Shown here piece by piece: positions 41,431 through 51,214 of a DNA stretch of 64,000 bases; position 1 is the stretch's first letter, and every line of letters begins with the position of its first letter. Source of the stretch: Atribacterota bacterium (lineage in GTDB: Bacteria; Atribacterota; Phoenicimicrobiia; Phoenicimicrobiales; Stramentimicrobiaceae); contig JAQUNC010000005.1 of assembly GCA_028717805.1 (NCBI GenBank), forward strand, positions 1,238 through 65,237. The letters run 5' to 3'. A program made the translations under genes and the position numbers. Below the pieces are notes generated by a model, which saw only the letters and a program-made list of their open reading frames with translations, was not told the DNA's origin and did no database searches.

Positions 41431-41938
41431 TATTATAGAAAATTCAGTTAATGCCGGGGCAAATGAAGTTATTGTGAAAATAACTTACACTAAAAGTATT
41501 TTTTTTTGTAGCATTTCCGATAATGGGAAAGGAATTATTGGGCAGGAAGTATTAGATCCTTTTGTAACTTCTAGGAAGACCAGAAGAGTTGGACTGGGTC
41601 TTCCCTTATTAAAAAGAACAGCAGAGGATACCGGCGGATATTTAAAGATAAGAAGGATAAATAAAAAAGGAGGGACTGCGCTTCAATTTAAGATAGACAT
41701 GTCTCATATTGATGCCAAACCTTTTGGTGATTTGGCTTGGACTTTTACAGATATATTCTTTGCCTGGCCGGAAATTAATCTTAAATTATTTATTACAAAA
41801 GAAGATAGAGAGGAACTGATTTTAGATTTCCTGGAATTACGCAATGAAATTGCTAAAGGATTAAAAAATTATATAAAAATAAGAAAACATATTTATGAGG
41901 TATTACAAAAAGAATTTAAAAAAATAAATATTAGGTAA
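41402..41938 (+). CDS. GHKL-type ATPase domain protein (histidine-kinase-like, no sensor or DHp domain)
   Basis: ENSVNAGANEV...SDNGKGI...GLGLPLL are the N, G1 and G2 boxes of an HATPase_c domain. Confidence 0.65.
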   Translation: MKNIADHLFDIIENSVNAGANEVIVKITYTKSIFFCSISDNGKGIIGQEVLDPFVTSRKTRRVGLGLPLLKRTAEDTGGYLKIRRINKKGGTALQFKIDMSHIDAKPFGDLAWTFTDIFFAWPEINLKLFITKEDREELILDFLELRNEIAKGLKNYIKIRKHIYEVLQKEFKKINIR

Positions 41939-41996
41939 CTTATTTTTAAGGTATTAATATTATTCAATACAAATTAATGTTTGGAGAGGAGGAGCT

Positions 41997-42365
41997 ATGA
42001 AAAATTTAGAAGAACTAAAAATGATGCGGGAGAAGGTAAAGAAAGATTTAAAGCTTAGATCGGGAAAGCATCGTGTCAAGATAGTAGTAGGAATGGGTAG
42101 TTGTGGAATAGCTGCTGGGGCGAGAGAAACAATGAATGAATTCTTGGAATTGATTGAAAAAAGCAAAAAAACGGATATTATTATTACCGCTTCAGGATGT
42201 TTTGGTTTTTGCGCCCAAGAACCTATGATTCATGTGTATGTAGAAGAAGATAGACCGGTAACTTATCGCAATGTTGATGTAGAAGCAGCAAGGACAATCT
42301 TTAACGATCATGTTTTAAACAATAGAGTAGTAGAAAAATATTTATTTTCAAAGGGGAAAAAATAA
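41997..42365 (+). CDS. Thioredoxin-like [2Fe-2S] ferredoxin (HydD-like)
   Basis: 122 aa with Cys pairs MGSCGIAAG...SGCFGFCAQEP; NuoE-C-terminal-like fold. Confidence 0.7.
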   Translation: MKNLEELKMMREKVKKDLKLRSGKHRVKIVVGMGSCGIAAGARETMNEFLELIEKSKKTDIIITASGCFGFCAQEPMIHVYVEEDRPVTYRNVDVEAARTIFNDHVLNNRVVEKYLFSKGKK

Positions 42366-42862
42366 TGAGTGAAACAACTATCATTAAAAATGATGAATGC
42401 ACTGTTGAAGAAAAGTACCAGGAATTAGGGAGTTTTATTAGAGATAATCAAGAGAAAAGGGGCTATTTAATCCCCGTCTTGTATAAAGCGCAATCCTTGT
42501 TTGGTTATTTACCTTCAGAAGTCCAAAAATTCGTTGCCGAGGAGATGAATATTTCTGTTAGTGAAGTATTTGGAGTGGTTACATTTTATTCTTATTTCAA
42601 AACACAACCTGTAGGTCGGCATACTATTACAATCTGCATGGGAACAGCTTGTTATGTAAGAGGTGCTAAAAAGATTCTGGAGGCATTAGAAAATAAATTG
42701 GGTATAAAGATAGGAGAAACAACAGAAGATCTGAGATTTACTTTAGGAGAACAACGTTGTTTTGGGTCATGCGGAATGGCTCCAGTTATTATGATTGACA
42801 ATGAAGTTCATGGTCGGTTAACTCCCAGTAAATTAGACGCAATTTTAGAGAAATACAAATAG
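42365..42862 (+). CDS. NADH dehydrogenase 24-kDa subunit-like [2Fe-2S] protein (NuoE/HydC/HndA-like)
   Basis: TICMGTACYVRGAKKI...RCFGSCGMAPVIMID is the NuoE signature. Confidence 0.9.
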   Translation: MSETTIIKNDECTVEEKYQELGSFIRDNQEKRGYLIPVLYKAQSLFGYLPSEVQKFVAEEMNISVSEVFGVVTFYSYFKTQPVGRHTITICMGTACYVRGAKKILEALENKLGIKIGETTEDLRFTLGEQRCFGSCGMAPVIMIDNEVHGRLTPSKLDAILEKYK

Positions 42863-42884
42863 TTTAATAAGGAGTACATAAATT

Positions 42885-45800
42885 ATGAATAATATAAGAG
42901 TTCAGCTTCTTCTATGTCATGGTACTTCTTGTATGTCTAATGGTTCAGTAAGAGTTAGAGAAGCGTTGGAAGTGGCATTAAAAGAGGCTAATCTGGAAAA
43001 AGAGGTAGAAATTATTACCACTGGATGTATGGGTATATGTGAACTGGGACCCATTATGGTTGTTTATCCTGATGGAGTGTTTTATCAACAATTAAAACCA
43101 GAGGATGCCCGGGAAATTGTACAGGAACATATCTTAAAAGGCAGAGTAGTGCAGCGGCTTTTTTATAAAAAGCCAAAAACAGAAGAATTAGTAGCTATGA
43201 TAGAAGATATTGATTTCTTTAAATTACAGAGAAAAATTGCTCGCCGAAACTGTGGAATTATTGATGTTAACACCATTGATGATTATATCGGCGCTGATGG
43301 TTTTATGGCTTTAGGGAAAGCTTTGACAGAGATGACTCCCCAGCAAGTAATTGATGAGATTAAAAAATCAGGGTTGAGAGGTAGAGGTGGTGCCGGTTTT
43401 CCAACTGGATTGAAGTGGGAATTTGCAGCAAGAGCCTCTGGAAAACAAAAATATATTTTATGTAATGCAGACGAAGGTGATCCCGGTGCATTTATGGATC
43501 GTAGTATGCTAGAAGGAGACTCTTACAGTGTATTAGAAGCTATGATGATTGGCGGTTATGCTATTGGAGCTAACCAGGGATATATTTATGTACGAGCGGA
43601 GTATCCCTTGGCTATTGAAAGGCTAAAGATTGCCATCAAAGAGATGAGGAAACATCAGCTACTGGGCAAGAATATCCTGGGGACTGGTTTTGATTTTGAT
43701 GTTGAAATTAGAATGGGTGCGGGAGCATTTGTTTGTGGTGAGGAAACTGCTTTAATGCGCTCTATTGAAGGCAAGAGGGGAGAACCCAGGCCAAGACCTC
43801 CCTTCCCTGCTAATAAAGGATTATTTGAATCCCCTACTGTTTTAAATAATGTAGAAACGCTGGCTAATATACCTTATATAATTTTATATGGAGCTGAAAA
43901 TTTTGCTTCTGTTGGAACTGAAAAGAGTAAAGGAACTAAGATATTTGCTCTGGCTGGAAATATTAACAATACCGGTTTAATTGAAGTCCCCATAGGTATT
44001 ACCCTAGGTGAAGTTGTTTATAATATAGGCGGAGGGATTCCGGGAAATAAAAAATTTAAAGCTGTTCAAATTGGCGGTCCGTCTGGTGGTTGCATTCCAG
44101 CACAACATCTGAATACAATAGTTGATTATGAAACATTAAAAGAGCTGGGTGCCATTATGGGCTCAGGCGGATTGATAGTAATGGATGAAGATACCTGTAT
44201 GGTCGATATAGCCCGTTATTTTATGGAGTTTATTCAGGACGAATCTTGTGGTAAATGCACTCCTTGTCGTGAAGGTACCAGGGTGATGCTGGAGATATTA
44301 ACCAGGATTTGTGAAGGTAAGGGCAAGATGGAAGATCTGGATACCCTGGAAGAATTATCTTATCGAATTAAAGATACAGCTCTTTGTGGATTAGGACAAA
44401 CTGCCCCCAATCCGGTTCTATCCACATTAAGATACTTTAGACATGAGTATATCGAACATATTAGAGATAAGAAATGTAGAGCAGGAGTATGTGCAGAATT
44501 AGTATATGCACCTTGTAATAATTCTTGTCCTGCTTCAGTTAATGTACCGGCATATCTGGCTTACACCAAAGAGGGTCAATATAAAAAAGCAATGCAGGCA
44601 CACTTAAGAACAAATCCTTTTCCAGCGGTATGCGGAAGGGTATGCCCTGCTTTCTGTGAATCCAGATGTCGAAGAAAGGATATTGATGATGCCATCAATA
44701 TTCGTGCTGTCAAGAGATTTATGGCTGATCAGGTTGATAATTATCTGGATTGTTTCCCTGAAAAAAATAGTAAAAATGGTAAAAAAGTTGCCATTATTGG
44801 TGGTGGTCCTTCTGGACTTTCCAATGCTTATTTTCTAACTATGTTAGGATATGAAACAACAGTATTTGAAGCACAACCAAAAGCTGGAGGAATGTTAACC
44901 TATGCTATCCCATCTTATCGTTTACCAAAGAATATTGTGAAAAAAGAGATTCAAGCACTGGTAGATTACGGAGTTAAGATACAAACAAACACAAGGATTG
45001 GAGAGGATATGACTTTAGATCAGCTGAGAAAAGAAGGTTACCAAGCATTCTATGTTTCTGCTGGTGCCTGGGACTGCATTATGCCTGAGATGGACAACTT
45101 AGATGATTCCAGAATTTTTAGCGGTTTAGAATTCTTATCTAAATTTAATAGAAAGGAAAAGCTTGATATTGGCAAAGAGGTAATAGTGATTGGTGGCGGT
45201 AATTCTGCCATTGATGCAGCTAGAACTGCTAAAAGGCTTGGAGCAAAGGTTACCATCGTTTATCGAAGAACCAGAGAAGAAATGCCTGCTGATGAAGCTG
45301 AAGTTAATGAAGCTGAAAGAGAAGGTATAAAGATTTCTTTACTACAAAATATAAAGTCAGTGAAATCAAACAAAGATTTCCTGGAAGTAGAGTTAGTGAA
45401 TATGAAATTAGGCAATTATGATGCTTCTGGTCGGCGTAAGCCCATTGAAATTAAAGAATCTACTTTTATCAAGAAAGTCGATTGTTTAATCTTATCTATT
45501 GGGCAAAAACCTGCTATTTCAGATTTATTCCATAATGAAGAAATTGTTCTCAATCGGGATCAGACTATTCCCACTGAAAAAGGAGTAACCAAAATACAAG
45601 ATGTTTTTGCCGGTGGTGATGTGGCATTAGGTCCTGCTACTGTAGTTGAGGCGATAGGAGAAGCACAGAATGCTGCTGAAGCTATTGATTTTTATTTAAC
45701 TGGTAAAAAGAGAGTTTATCCCTGGAGGATAAAAGATCCAATTAACGTGGATTTTGATCCTGAATCAGATCCAGTAGATTACGCACGTTCTCAGGTCCAT

Positions 45801-45914
45801 CTCCTTCCGATTCAAGAAAGAGGAGTTCATAACGAGGTAGAAAAAACATGGAATAAAGAGATAACCTGTAGAGAAAGCAGCAGGTGCTTACGTTGTGAAT
45901 ATCGAGAGGACTAA
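42885..45914 (+). CDS. NuoF-like (NADH/FMN, 4Fe-4S) subunit fused to a GltD/NfnB-like FAD/NAD(P)H oxidoreductase domain
   Basis: N-terminal thioredoxin-like 2Fe-2S (CHGTSCMSNG...GCMGICELGP), NuoF core (GRGGAGFPTGLKWEF; ESCGKCTPCREGT), two Cys clusters (CNNSCPASVN; CGRVCPAFCESRC), then dinucleotide folds VAIIGGGPSGLSNAYFL and VIVIGGGNSAIDAARTA. Confidence 0.9.
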   Translation: MNNIRVQLLLCHGTSCMSNGSVRVREALEVALKEANLEKEVEIITTGCMGICELGPIMVVYPDGVFYQQLKPEDAREIVQEHILKGRVVQRLFYKKPKTEELVAMIEDIDFFKLQRKIARRNCGIIDVNTIDDYIGADGFMALGKALTEMTPQQVIDEIKKSGLRGRGGAGFPTGLKWEFAARASGKQKYILCNADEGDPGAFMDRSMLEGDSYSVLEAMMIGGYAIGANQGYIYVRAEYPLAIERLKIAIKEMRKHQLLGKNILGTGFDFDVEIRMGAGAFVCGEETALMRSIEGKRGEPRPRPPFPANKGLFESPTVLNNVETLANIPYIILYGAENFASVGTEKSKGTKIFALAGNINNTGLIEVPIGITLGEVVYNIGGGIPGNKKFKAVQIGGPSGGCIPAQHLNTIVDYETLKELGAIMGSGGLIVMDEDTCMVDIARYFMEFIQDESCGKCTPCREGTRVMLEILTRICEGKGKMEDLDTLEELSYRIKDTALCGLGQTAPNPVLSTLRYFRHEYIEHIRDKKCRAGVCAELVYAPCNNSCPASVNVPAYLAYTKEGQYKKAMQAHLRTNPFPAVCGRVCPAFCESRCRRKDIDDAINIRAVKRFMADQVDNYLDCFPEKNSKNGKKVAIIGGGPSGLSNAYFLTMLGYETTVFEAQPKAGGMLTYAIPSYRLPKNIVKKEIQALVDYGVKIQTNTRIGEDMTLDQLRKEGYQAFYVSAGAWDCIMPEMDNLDDSRIFSGLEFLSKFNRKEKLDIGKEVIVIGGGNSAIDAARTAKRLGAKVTIVYRRTREEMPADEAEVNEAEREGIKISLLQNIKSVKSNKDFLEVELVNMKLGNYDASGRRKPIEIKESTFIKKVDCLILSIGQKPAISDLFHNEEIVLNRDQTIPTEKGVTKIQDVFAGGDVALGPATVVEAIGEAQNAAEAIDFYLTGKKRVYPWRIKDPINVDFDPESDPVDYARSQVHLLPIQERGVHNEVEKTWNKEITCRESSRCLRCEYRED

Positions 45915-45945
45915 TATTGAAAGAAAGGATTGAAATAGAATTAAA

Positions 45946-48720
45946 ATGAAAGATACAGGAATAAAAAAGGAAAAAATGGCGATGCCGTTGGTCCAAGTAA
46001 CAATAAATGACAAAAAAATTATGGTAGAGCCTGATTCAACAATCCTGGATGCAGCAACTAAGGCAGGCATAAGAATTCCCACGTTATGTGCTATGCCAGA
46101 AATCAATCATTATCCAGGCTCTTGTCGTATGTGTGTGGTAGAGGTTAAAGGTCATCCCTGTCTGGTTGCCTCATGTGTATATCCAGTACAGGAAGGTATG
46201 GTAGTGTATACCCATAGTGAAAGGGTAATTAACGCTCGCCGAGCCGTATTGGAATTATTATTAACTACGCATCCTCTGGATTGTATGACCTGTGAGAAGA
46301 ATGGTGAATGTGATTTGCAAGACTTAGCTTATGAATTGGGGATTAAAGAATCCGGTTTTGGCAGAAGTGAAAGAAACCTTCCTATCGACGAAAGTAATCC
46401 TTTTATTTTAAGAGATTTGAATAAATGCATTCTTTGTCGAAGATGTGTAGAGATATGTAACGAGATTCAACAATCAAGAGCTATTGGATTCGGATATCGT
46501 GGTACAAAAACAGAAGTCATTGCCGGATTGGGCAATAAATTAGGACATGAAACAAAAATTACTATTGGTTCAGAAAAAAATCCCGATTATTCTAATTGTG
46601 TTTCTTGTGGACAGTGTGTTGCGGTATGCCCTGTTGGAGCATTAACTGATAAGGCAGCTATAGGAAAAGGAAGAGCCTGGGAATTTGAAAAAGTTCATAC
46701 TACCTGTAATTACTGTGGATGTGGATGCGGATTTGACCTGAATATTAAAGATGGCAAGGTAGTTAAGGTTACTTCCAATCCTGATAGTGTTGTCAATGGC
46801 ATTAATCTCTGTGTGAAAGGGCGTTTTGGAAATGATTATATTCATAGGGAAGATCGCTTAAAAACTCCCTTAATCAGGAAAAATGGTAAATTAGAACCAG
46901 CTTCCTGGGATGAAGCGCTGCAGTTAATCAGTGATAAATTTCAAGAGATCAAAGAAGAAAGCGGAAAAGATAGCTTAGCGGTTCTTTCTTCAGCCAAATG
47001 TACTAATGAAGAAAACTATCTACTAATGAAATTTGCCAGGGCAGTCCTGGGAACGAATAATGTTGACCATTGTGCCCGGCTTTGCCATTCAGCCACTGTT
47101 GCTGGCTTGGCTCAAACCTTTGGTAGTGGTGCCATGACTAATTCTATTACGGAAATTGCCCATGCTTCGGTTATTTATTTAACCGGTTCCAACACTACTG
47201 AGAACCATCCTATCATTGCCCTGGAAATAAAAAAAGCAGTAACTAAAAATGGAGCAAAATTAATTGTAGCTGATCCTAGAGAAATAGAGTTAGTCAAATA
47301 TGCTACTCTCTGGTTAAGGCATAGACCAGGAACAGATGTAGCCCTGTTTAATGGTTTGATGAATGTTATAATTACTGAGGGATTGGAAGATAAGGAATTT
47401 ATTAAAAAACGAACCGAAGATTATGAAAAAATGAAGGAAGTAGTTCTCAAGTATACCCCAGAAATAGTAGCGAAGATTACCGGAGTTCCTGCCGATGATA
47501 TCAGGAAAGCAGCAAGAATTTATGCTAAAGGTCCTAATACTTCTTTAATTTATTCCATGGGGATTACCCAACATACCAGCGGTACTGATAATGTTCTTTC
47601 AACTGCCAATATAGCGATGTTAACTGGTAATGTAGGGAAGGAGAGTTCAGGAGTAAATCCTTTAAGGGGACAAAGTAATGTTCAGGGCGCTTGTGATATG
47701 GGAGCTTTGCCCAATGTGTATTCCGGTTATCAGACCGTAGCGGACCCCGCAATTCAAGAGAAGTTTTCTAAAGCCTGGCAGGCTGAATTGTCAAATAAGG
47801 TCGGACTCACAGTTGTTGAAATACTTAATGCCGCATATGATGGCAAAGTGAGAGGTATATTCATTATGGCAGAAAATCCAGCTATGTCAGATCCTGATTT
47901 AAACCACGCCCGTGAAGCTTTAAAGAAAACTGATTTTTTAGTGGTATCAGATATGTTTATGACTGAAACAGCTGAAATGGCTGATGTAGTGTTGCCTGGT
48001 GTTAGTTTTGCTGAGAAAGATGGCACTATTACTAATACTGAGAGAAGAGTGCAAAGATTCTATAAAGCTATTGAACCAATAGGAGAATCAAAACCGGAAT
48101 GGCAGATAATCTGTGAACTAGCTCAGAAAATGGGATATAATAATATGAGCTACAATAGCCCTGCTGAAATTATGGAAGAAATTGCTCAACTCACTCCAAT
48201 TTATGGAGGGATACTCTATCCAAGATTGGAAAAAGAAGGGTTGCAATGGCCTTGTCCAGATACCAAACATCCTGGGACAAGGTTCCTGCATAAGGATAAG
48301 TTTAGCAGAGGAAAGGGAAAGTTCTTCCCAGTTGAATTTAGAGAGGCTGCCGAACTTCCTGATGAAGAATATCCTTTAATCTTTACTACTGGAAGAGTAT
48401 TATATCATTTCCATACCGGTACAGTTACCCGAAAATCTAAAGGGCTAAGCGAAGTATATAAAGAAGCATTAGTTGAGATTAGCCCTCAGGATGCCAGCGA
48501 ATTAAGTATAAAAGATGGTGAAATGGTTGAAGTTACCTCTCGAAGAGGAAAGATTCAGGCAAAGGCTAAGGTAACTGAAAAATCTGATAATGGTGTAGTA
48601 TTCATGAGTTTCCATTTCCATGAAGCTGCTGCTAATTTATTAACAATTGCAGCCCTCGATCCAGTTTCTAAGATACCAGAGTATAAAGTGTGTGCTGTTA
48701 AAATTAAAAAGATATCCTAA
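45946..48720 (+). CDS. fdhA: Formate dehydrogenase catalytic subunit, NuoG-fused molybdopterin enzyme, Cys-type (FdhA/FdhF-like)
   Basis: N-terminal 2Fe-2S (CAMPEINHYPGSCRMC), His-liganded 4Fe-4S and 2x4Fe-4S ferredoxin motifs, and a molybdopterin domain with active site CARLCHSATV (Cys-His rather than Sec-His). The likely start is the ATG at 45976 (MAMPLVQ). Confidence 0.9.
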   Translation: MKDTGIKKEKMAMPLVQVTINDKKIMVEPDSTILDAATKAGIRIPTLCAMPEINHYPGSCRMCVVEVKGHPCLVASCVYPVQEGMVVYTHSERVINARRAVLELLLTTHPLDCMTCEKNGECDLQDLAYELGIKESGFGRSERNLPIDESNPFILRDLNKCILCRRCVEICNEIQQSRAIGFGYRGTKTEVIAGLGNKLGHETKITIGSEKNPDYSNCVSCGQCVAVCPVGALTDKAAIGKGRAWEFEKVHTTCNYCGCGCGFDLNIKDGKVVKVTSNPDSVVNGINLCVKGRFGNDYIHREDRLKTPLIRKNGKLEPASWDEALQLISDKFQEIKEESGKDSLAVLSSAKCTNEENYLLMKFARAVLGTNNVDHCARLCHSATVAGLAQTFGSGAMTNSITEIAHASVIYLTGSNTTENHPIIALEIKKAVTKNGAKLIVADPREIELVKYATLWLRHRPGTDVALFNGLMNVIITEGLEDKEFIKKRTEDYEKMKEVVLKYTPEIVAKITGVPADDIRKAARIYAKGPNTSLIYSMGITQHTSGTDNVLSTANIAMLTGNVGKESSGVNPLRGQSNVQGACDMGALPNVYSGYQTVADPAIQEKFSKAWQAELSNKVGLTVVEILNAAYDGKVRGIFIMAENPAMSDPDLNHAREALKKTDFLVVSDMFMTETAEMADVVLPGVSFAEKDGTITNTERRVQRFYKAIEPIGESKPEWQIICELAQKMGYNNMSYNSPAEIMEEIAQLTPIYGGILYPRLEKEGLQWPCPDTKHPGTRFLHKDKFSRGKGKFFPVEFREAAELPDEEYPLIFTTGRVLYHFHTGTVTRKSKGLSEVYKEALVEISPQDASELSIKDGEMVEVTSRRGKIQAKAKVTEKSDNGVVFMSFHFHEAAANLLTIAALDPVSKIPEYKVCAVKIKKIS

Positions 48721-48753
48721 AAATAAATATTATTAAAAAAGGAGGATACTAAG

Positions 48754-49626
48754 TTGAGTACAGAGAAAGATAAAATTCAATTAGCGCAAGATGTAACAAC
48801 GCCATGTAATCCACCAGGTGCAATTGCTAATGCTTTTTGTACTATTGGCAAGAACAAGGCTGGTCTGTCATGGAGTAAAATGATTATCTTAGGTATTCTG
48901 GCGGGTGCTTATATCAGTTTTGGTGCGCAACTGGCTACTATGGTTACTTATGATGCAGTAAAATTTGTAGGTGATGGGATTACTAAATTTTTATTTGGTA
49001 GTGTTTTTTCAGTTGGTCTTATGCTGGTTGTTATTGCCGGAGCAGAATTATTTACCGGAAATAATTTAATCGTGGTGGGCACTTTAAACCAGAATGTTAC
49101 AGTAGGAAAATTGTTAAACAGCTGGGTTTGGGTATATATAGCAAATTTTATTGGTTCTCTTTTGATAGTATGGTTGATGTATAATGCTCAGCTTTGGAAG
49201 ACCGGAAATTTTGCTGTAGGAGCAAAGGCTTTGGCCATAGCCAATGGTAAGGTTAATCTAACCTGGAGTGCAGCTATAGCACGAGGAATTCTCTGTAACT
49301 GGCTGGTATGCCTGGCAGTATGGATGGCAGTAGCAGCTAAGGATGTTCCTGGTAAAATTCTTGGTATCTATTTCCCCATTATGGCTTTTGTAGCCAGTGG
49401 TTTTGAGCATAGTATTGCCAATATGTATTTTGTACCCATGGGTATATTGTTAAAAAATAATACTTCAATAGTAGCAGCAGCAGGATTAACGGATCAGCTT
49501 AGCCGATTGAATTGGGGTAGTTTTTTATTTAATAATTTATTACCAGTAACTATAGGCAATATAATTGGCGGAGCCTTCTTTGTTGCTACTATATATTGGT
49601 ATGTTTATTTAAGAGATAATAAATAA
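48754..49626 (+). CDS. focA: Formate/nitrite transporter family channel (FocA-like)
   Basis: FNT family with 6 TM helices and FNT signatures (AELFTGNN; GILCNWLVCLAVW; FEHSIANMY). Confidence 0.88.
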   Translation: MSTEKDKIQLAQDVTTPCNPPGAIANAFCTIGKNKAGLSWSKMIILGILAGAYISFGAQLATMVTYDAVKFVGDGITKFLFGSVFSVGLMLVVIAGAELFTGNNLIVVGTLNQNVTVGKLLNSWVWVYIANFIGSLLIVWLMYNAQLWKTGNFAVGAKALAIANGKVNLTWSAAIARGILCNWLVCLAVWMAVAAKDVPGKILGIYFPIMAFVASGFEHSIANMYFVPMGILLKNNTSIVAAAGLTDQLSRLNWGSFLFNNLLPVTIGNIIGGAFFVATIYWYVYLRDNK

Positions 49627-49657
49627 TATATAGAACAGAAATAATTAAAGGAATTCA

Positions 49658-49692
49658 GGGCTATACTGGTAAGAATAGGTATAGCCCTTTTT
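49658..49692 (+). terminator. Intrinsic terminator after focA
   Basis: GGGCTATAC-TGGTAAGAATAG-GTATAGCCC followed by TTTTT. Confidence 0.55.
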
Positions 49693-49749
49693 AACTTATT
49701 TATAATATGCACTCATGATGATTTTGTTTCTTACTATTGATCTAAATTA

Positions 49750-50409
49750 GTGAGTATAAAAATGAATATAGAGAAAAAATATACTGCTATTTCAGTTATA
49801 GTATTAGCAGGCGGTAGAAGCAGCAGAATAGGTTTAGGTAAAGATAAAGGCTATCTGAAATTTAGGGGCACTATCCTTATAAAACGAGTTATTTTAAATA
49901 TTCTTTCTATAGAAGGGATTACAGAGCAAGATATTATTATTGTAGGACCCAGAGATAGATTTCCCCAATATAAGTTAACTGTAGAGGATATCTACCCCCA
50001 AAAAGGGCCATTAGGAGGGATTTTTTCAGGTTTACAATATTCCAAAACATTTTATAATCTAGTTATAGGATATGATATGCCCTTTATTGAGAAAAGATTA
50101 GTTGCATATATGATAGAAAATATGGAAGGTTATGATATAGTAATTCCCACTCATGGCAAGGAATTATTCGAACCTTTATGTGCCATTTATAGTAAAAATT
50201 GCCTGAAAATAATTGAACAGAATTTAAAAAAGGGTACCCTGGCGGTAAGAGATATTTTTCCCTTTTTAAAAATTCGCTGGATTACCGAAATGGAAATCAG
50301 AAGATGTGATCCAGAATTACATTCTTTTTTTAATATTAATTTTCAAGGTGATTTTATTGAGGCAGAGAAATTGGAAATAGACCGGAGAAAAAAGAATGTT
50401 AACAAATAA
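49750..50409 (+). CDS. mobA: Molybdenum cofactor guanylyltransferase MobA-like
   Basis: N-terminal NTP-transferase motif VLAGGRSSRIG...DKGYL, 219 aa. Confidence 0.78.
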   Translation: MSIKMNIEKKYTAISVIVLAGGRSSRIGLGKDKGYLKFRGTILIKRVILNILSIEGITEQDIIIVGPRDRFPQYKLTVEDIYPQKGPLGGIFSGLQYSKTFYNLVIGYDMPFIEKRLVAYMIENMEGYDIVIPTHGKELFEPLCAIYSKNCLKIIEQNLKKGTLAVRDIFPFLKIRWITEMEIRRCDPELHSFFNINFQGDFIEAEKLEIDRRKKNVNK

Positions 50410-51166
50410 TAAGGGCACTGAAACTGAAATAATCCAGGTTAATAAATATGAGAGAAATAAGGTTATTGATTTAGTAGCCAAAGAGAAAACTTTAAATATT
50501 TATGTTAATCAGAAATATATTGTTACCTTAAATTGCAGTCCGGGTAATTTGAAATATTTAGCAACAGGGTTTCTATACAGTGCAGGTATTGTGCAGGATA
50601 AGAATGGAATAATTTCAACTAAAACAGGGAAGAAAGGAATATATTTCCAGATTAATAATTCTTTATTTTCGCCGGATAAAATATACAGTGCTAATCTTAT
50701 TAATCAAATTAAGCAAACAGTACCAGGAAATAGAGGACCCCTGTCTATTGAAAATAGTAGCAAACTCAATATCAGCACTATTTATTTGCTCATCACTCTT
50801 ATGCAGGAAAAAGCTGAATTTTTTAAGTTAAGTGGCGGTGTACATAATTGTGGTTTAGCTAATCTTAATGGTTGTCTTGTTCTATTTTGCGAGGATATAA
50901 GTCGTTATAATACAATAGACAGAATTTTAGGAGAGGCATTCTTAAAGAATATTAATACAGATGATAAGATAATTTTGACTTCCTGTCGTATTACTTCTGG
51001 AATTATGCAGAAAATTATAAAGGGAAATATTCCTATTGTTATTTCCCGATCTGCTCCCACTGATTATGCGATTCAACTGGCGGATAAGCAAGGAATCACT
51101 CTTATTGGATTTGCACGTGGGGAAAGAATGAATATTTATGCCCATTCTGAACGAATTGATAATTAA
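50396..51166 (+). CDS. fdhD: Formate dehydrogenase accessory sulfurtransferase FdhD
   Basis: FdhD/NarQ family; the conserved SGGVHNCG Cys loop region is present. Confidence 0.8.
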   Translation: MLTNNKGTETEIIQVNKYERNKVIDLVAKEKTLNIYVNQKYIVTLNCSPGNLKYLATGFLYSAGIVQDKNGIISTKTGKKGIYFQINNSLFSPDKIYSANLINQIKQTVPGNRGPLSIENSSKLNISTIYLLITLMQEKAEFFKLSGGVHNCGLANLNGCLVLFCEDISRYNTIDRILGEAFLKNINTDDKIILTSCRITSGIMQKIIKGNIPIVISRSAPTDYAIQLADKQGITLIGFARGERMNIYAHSERIDN

Positions 51167-51214
51167 GGTCAGTTTGAAGATTTATCTATGCTGTTGCTAT
51201 AACGATACAATGAA

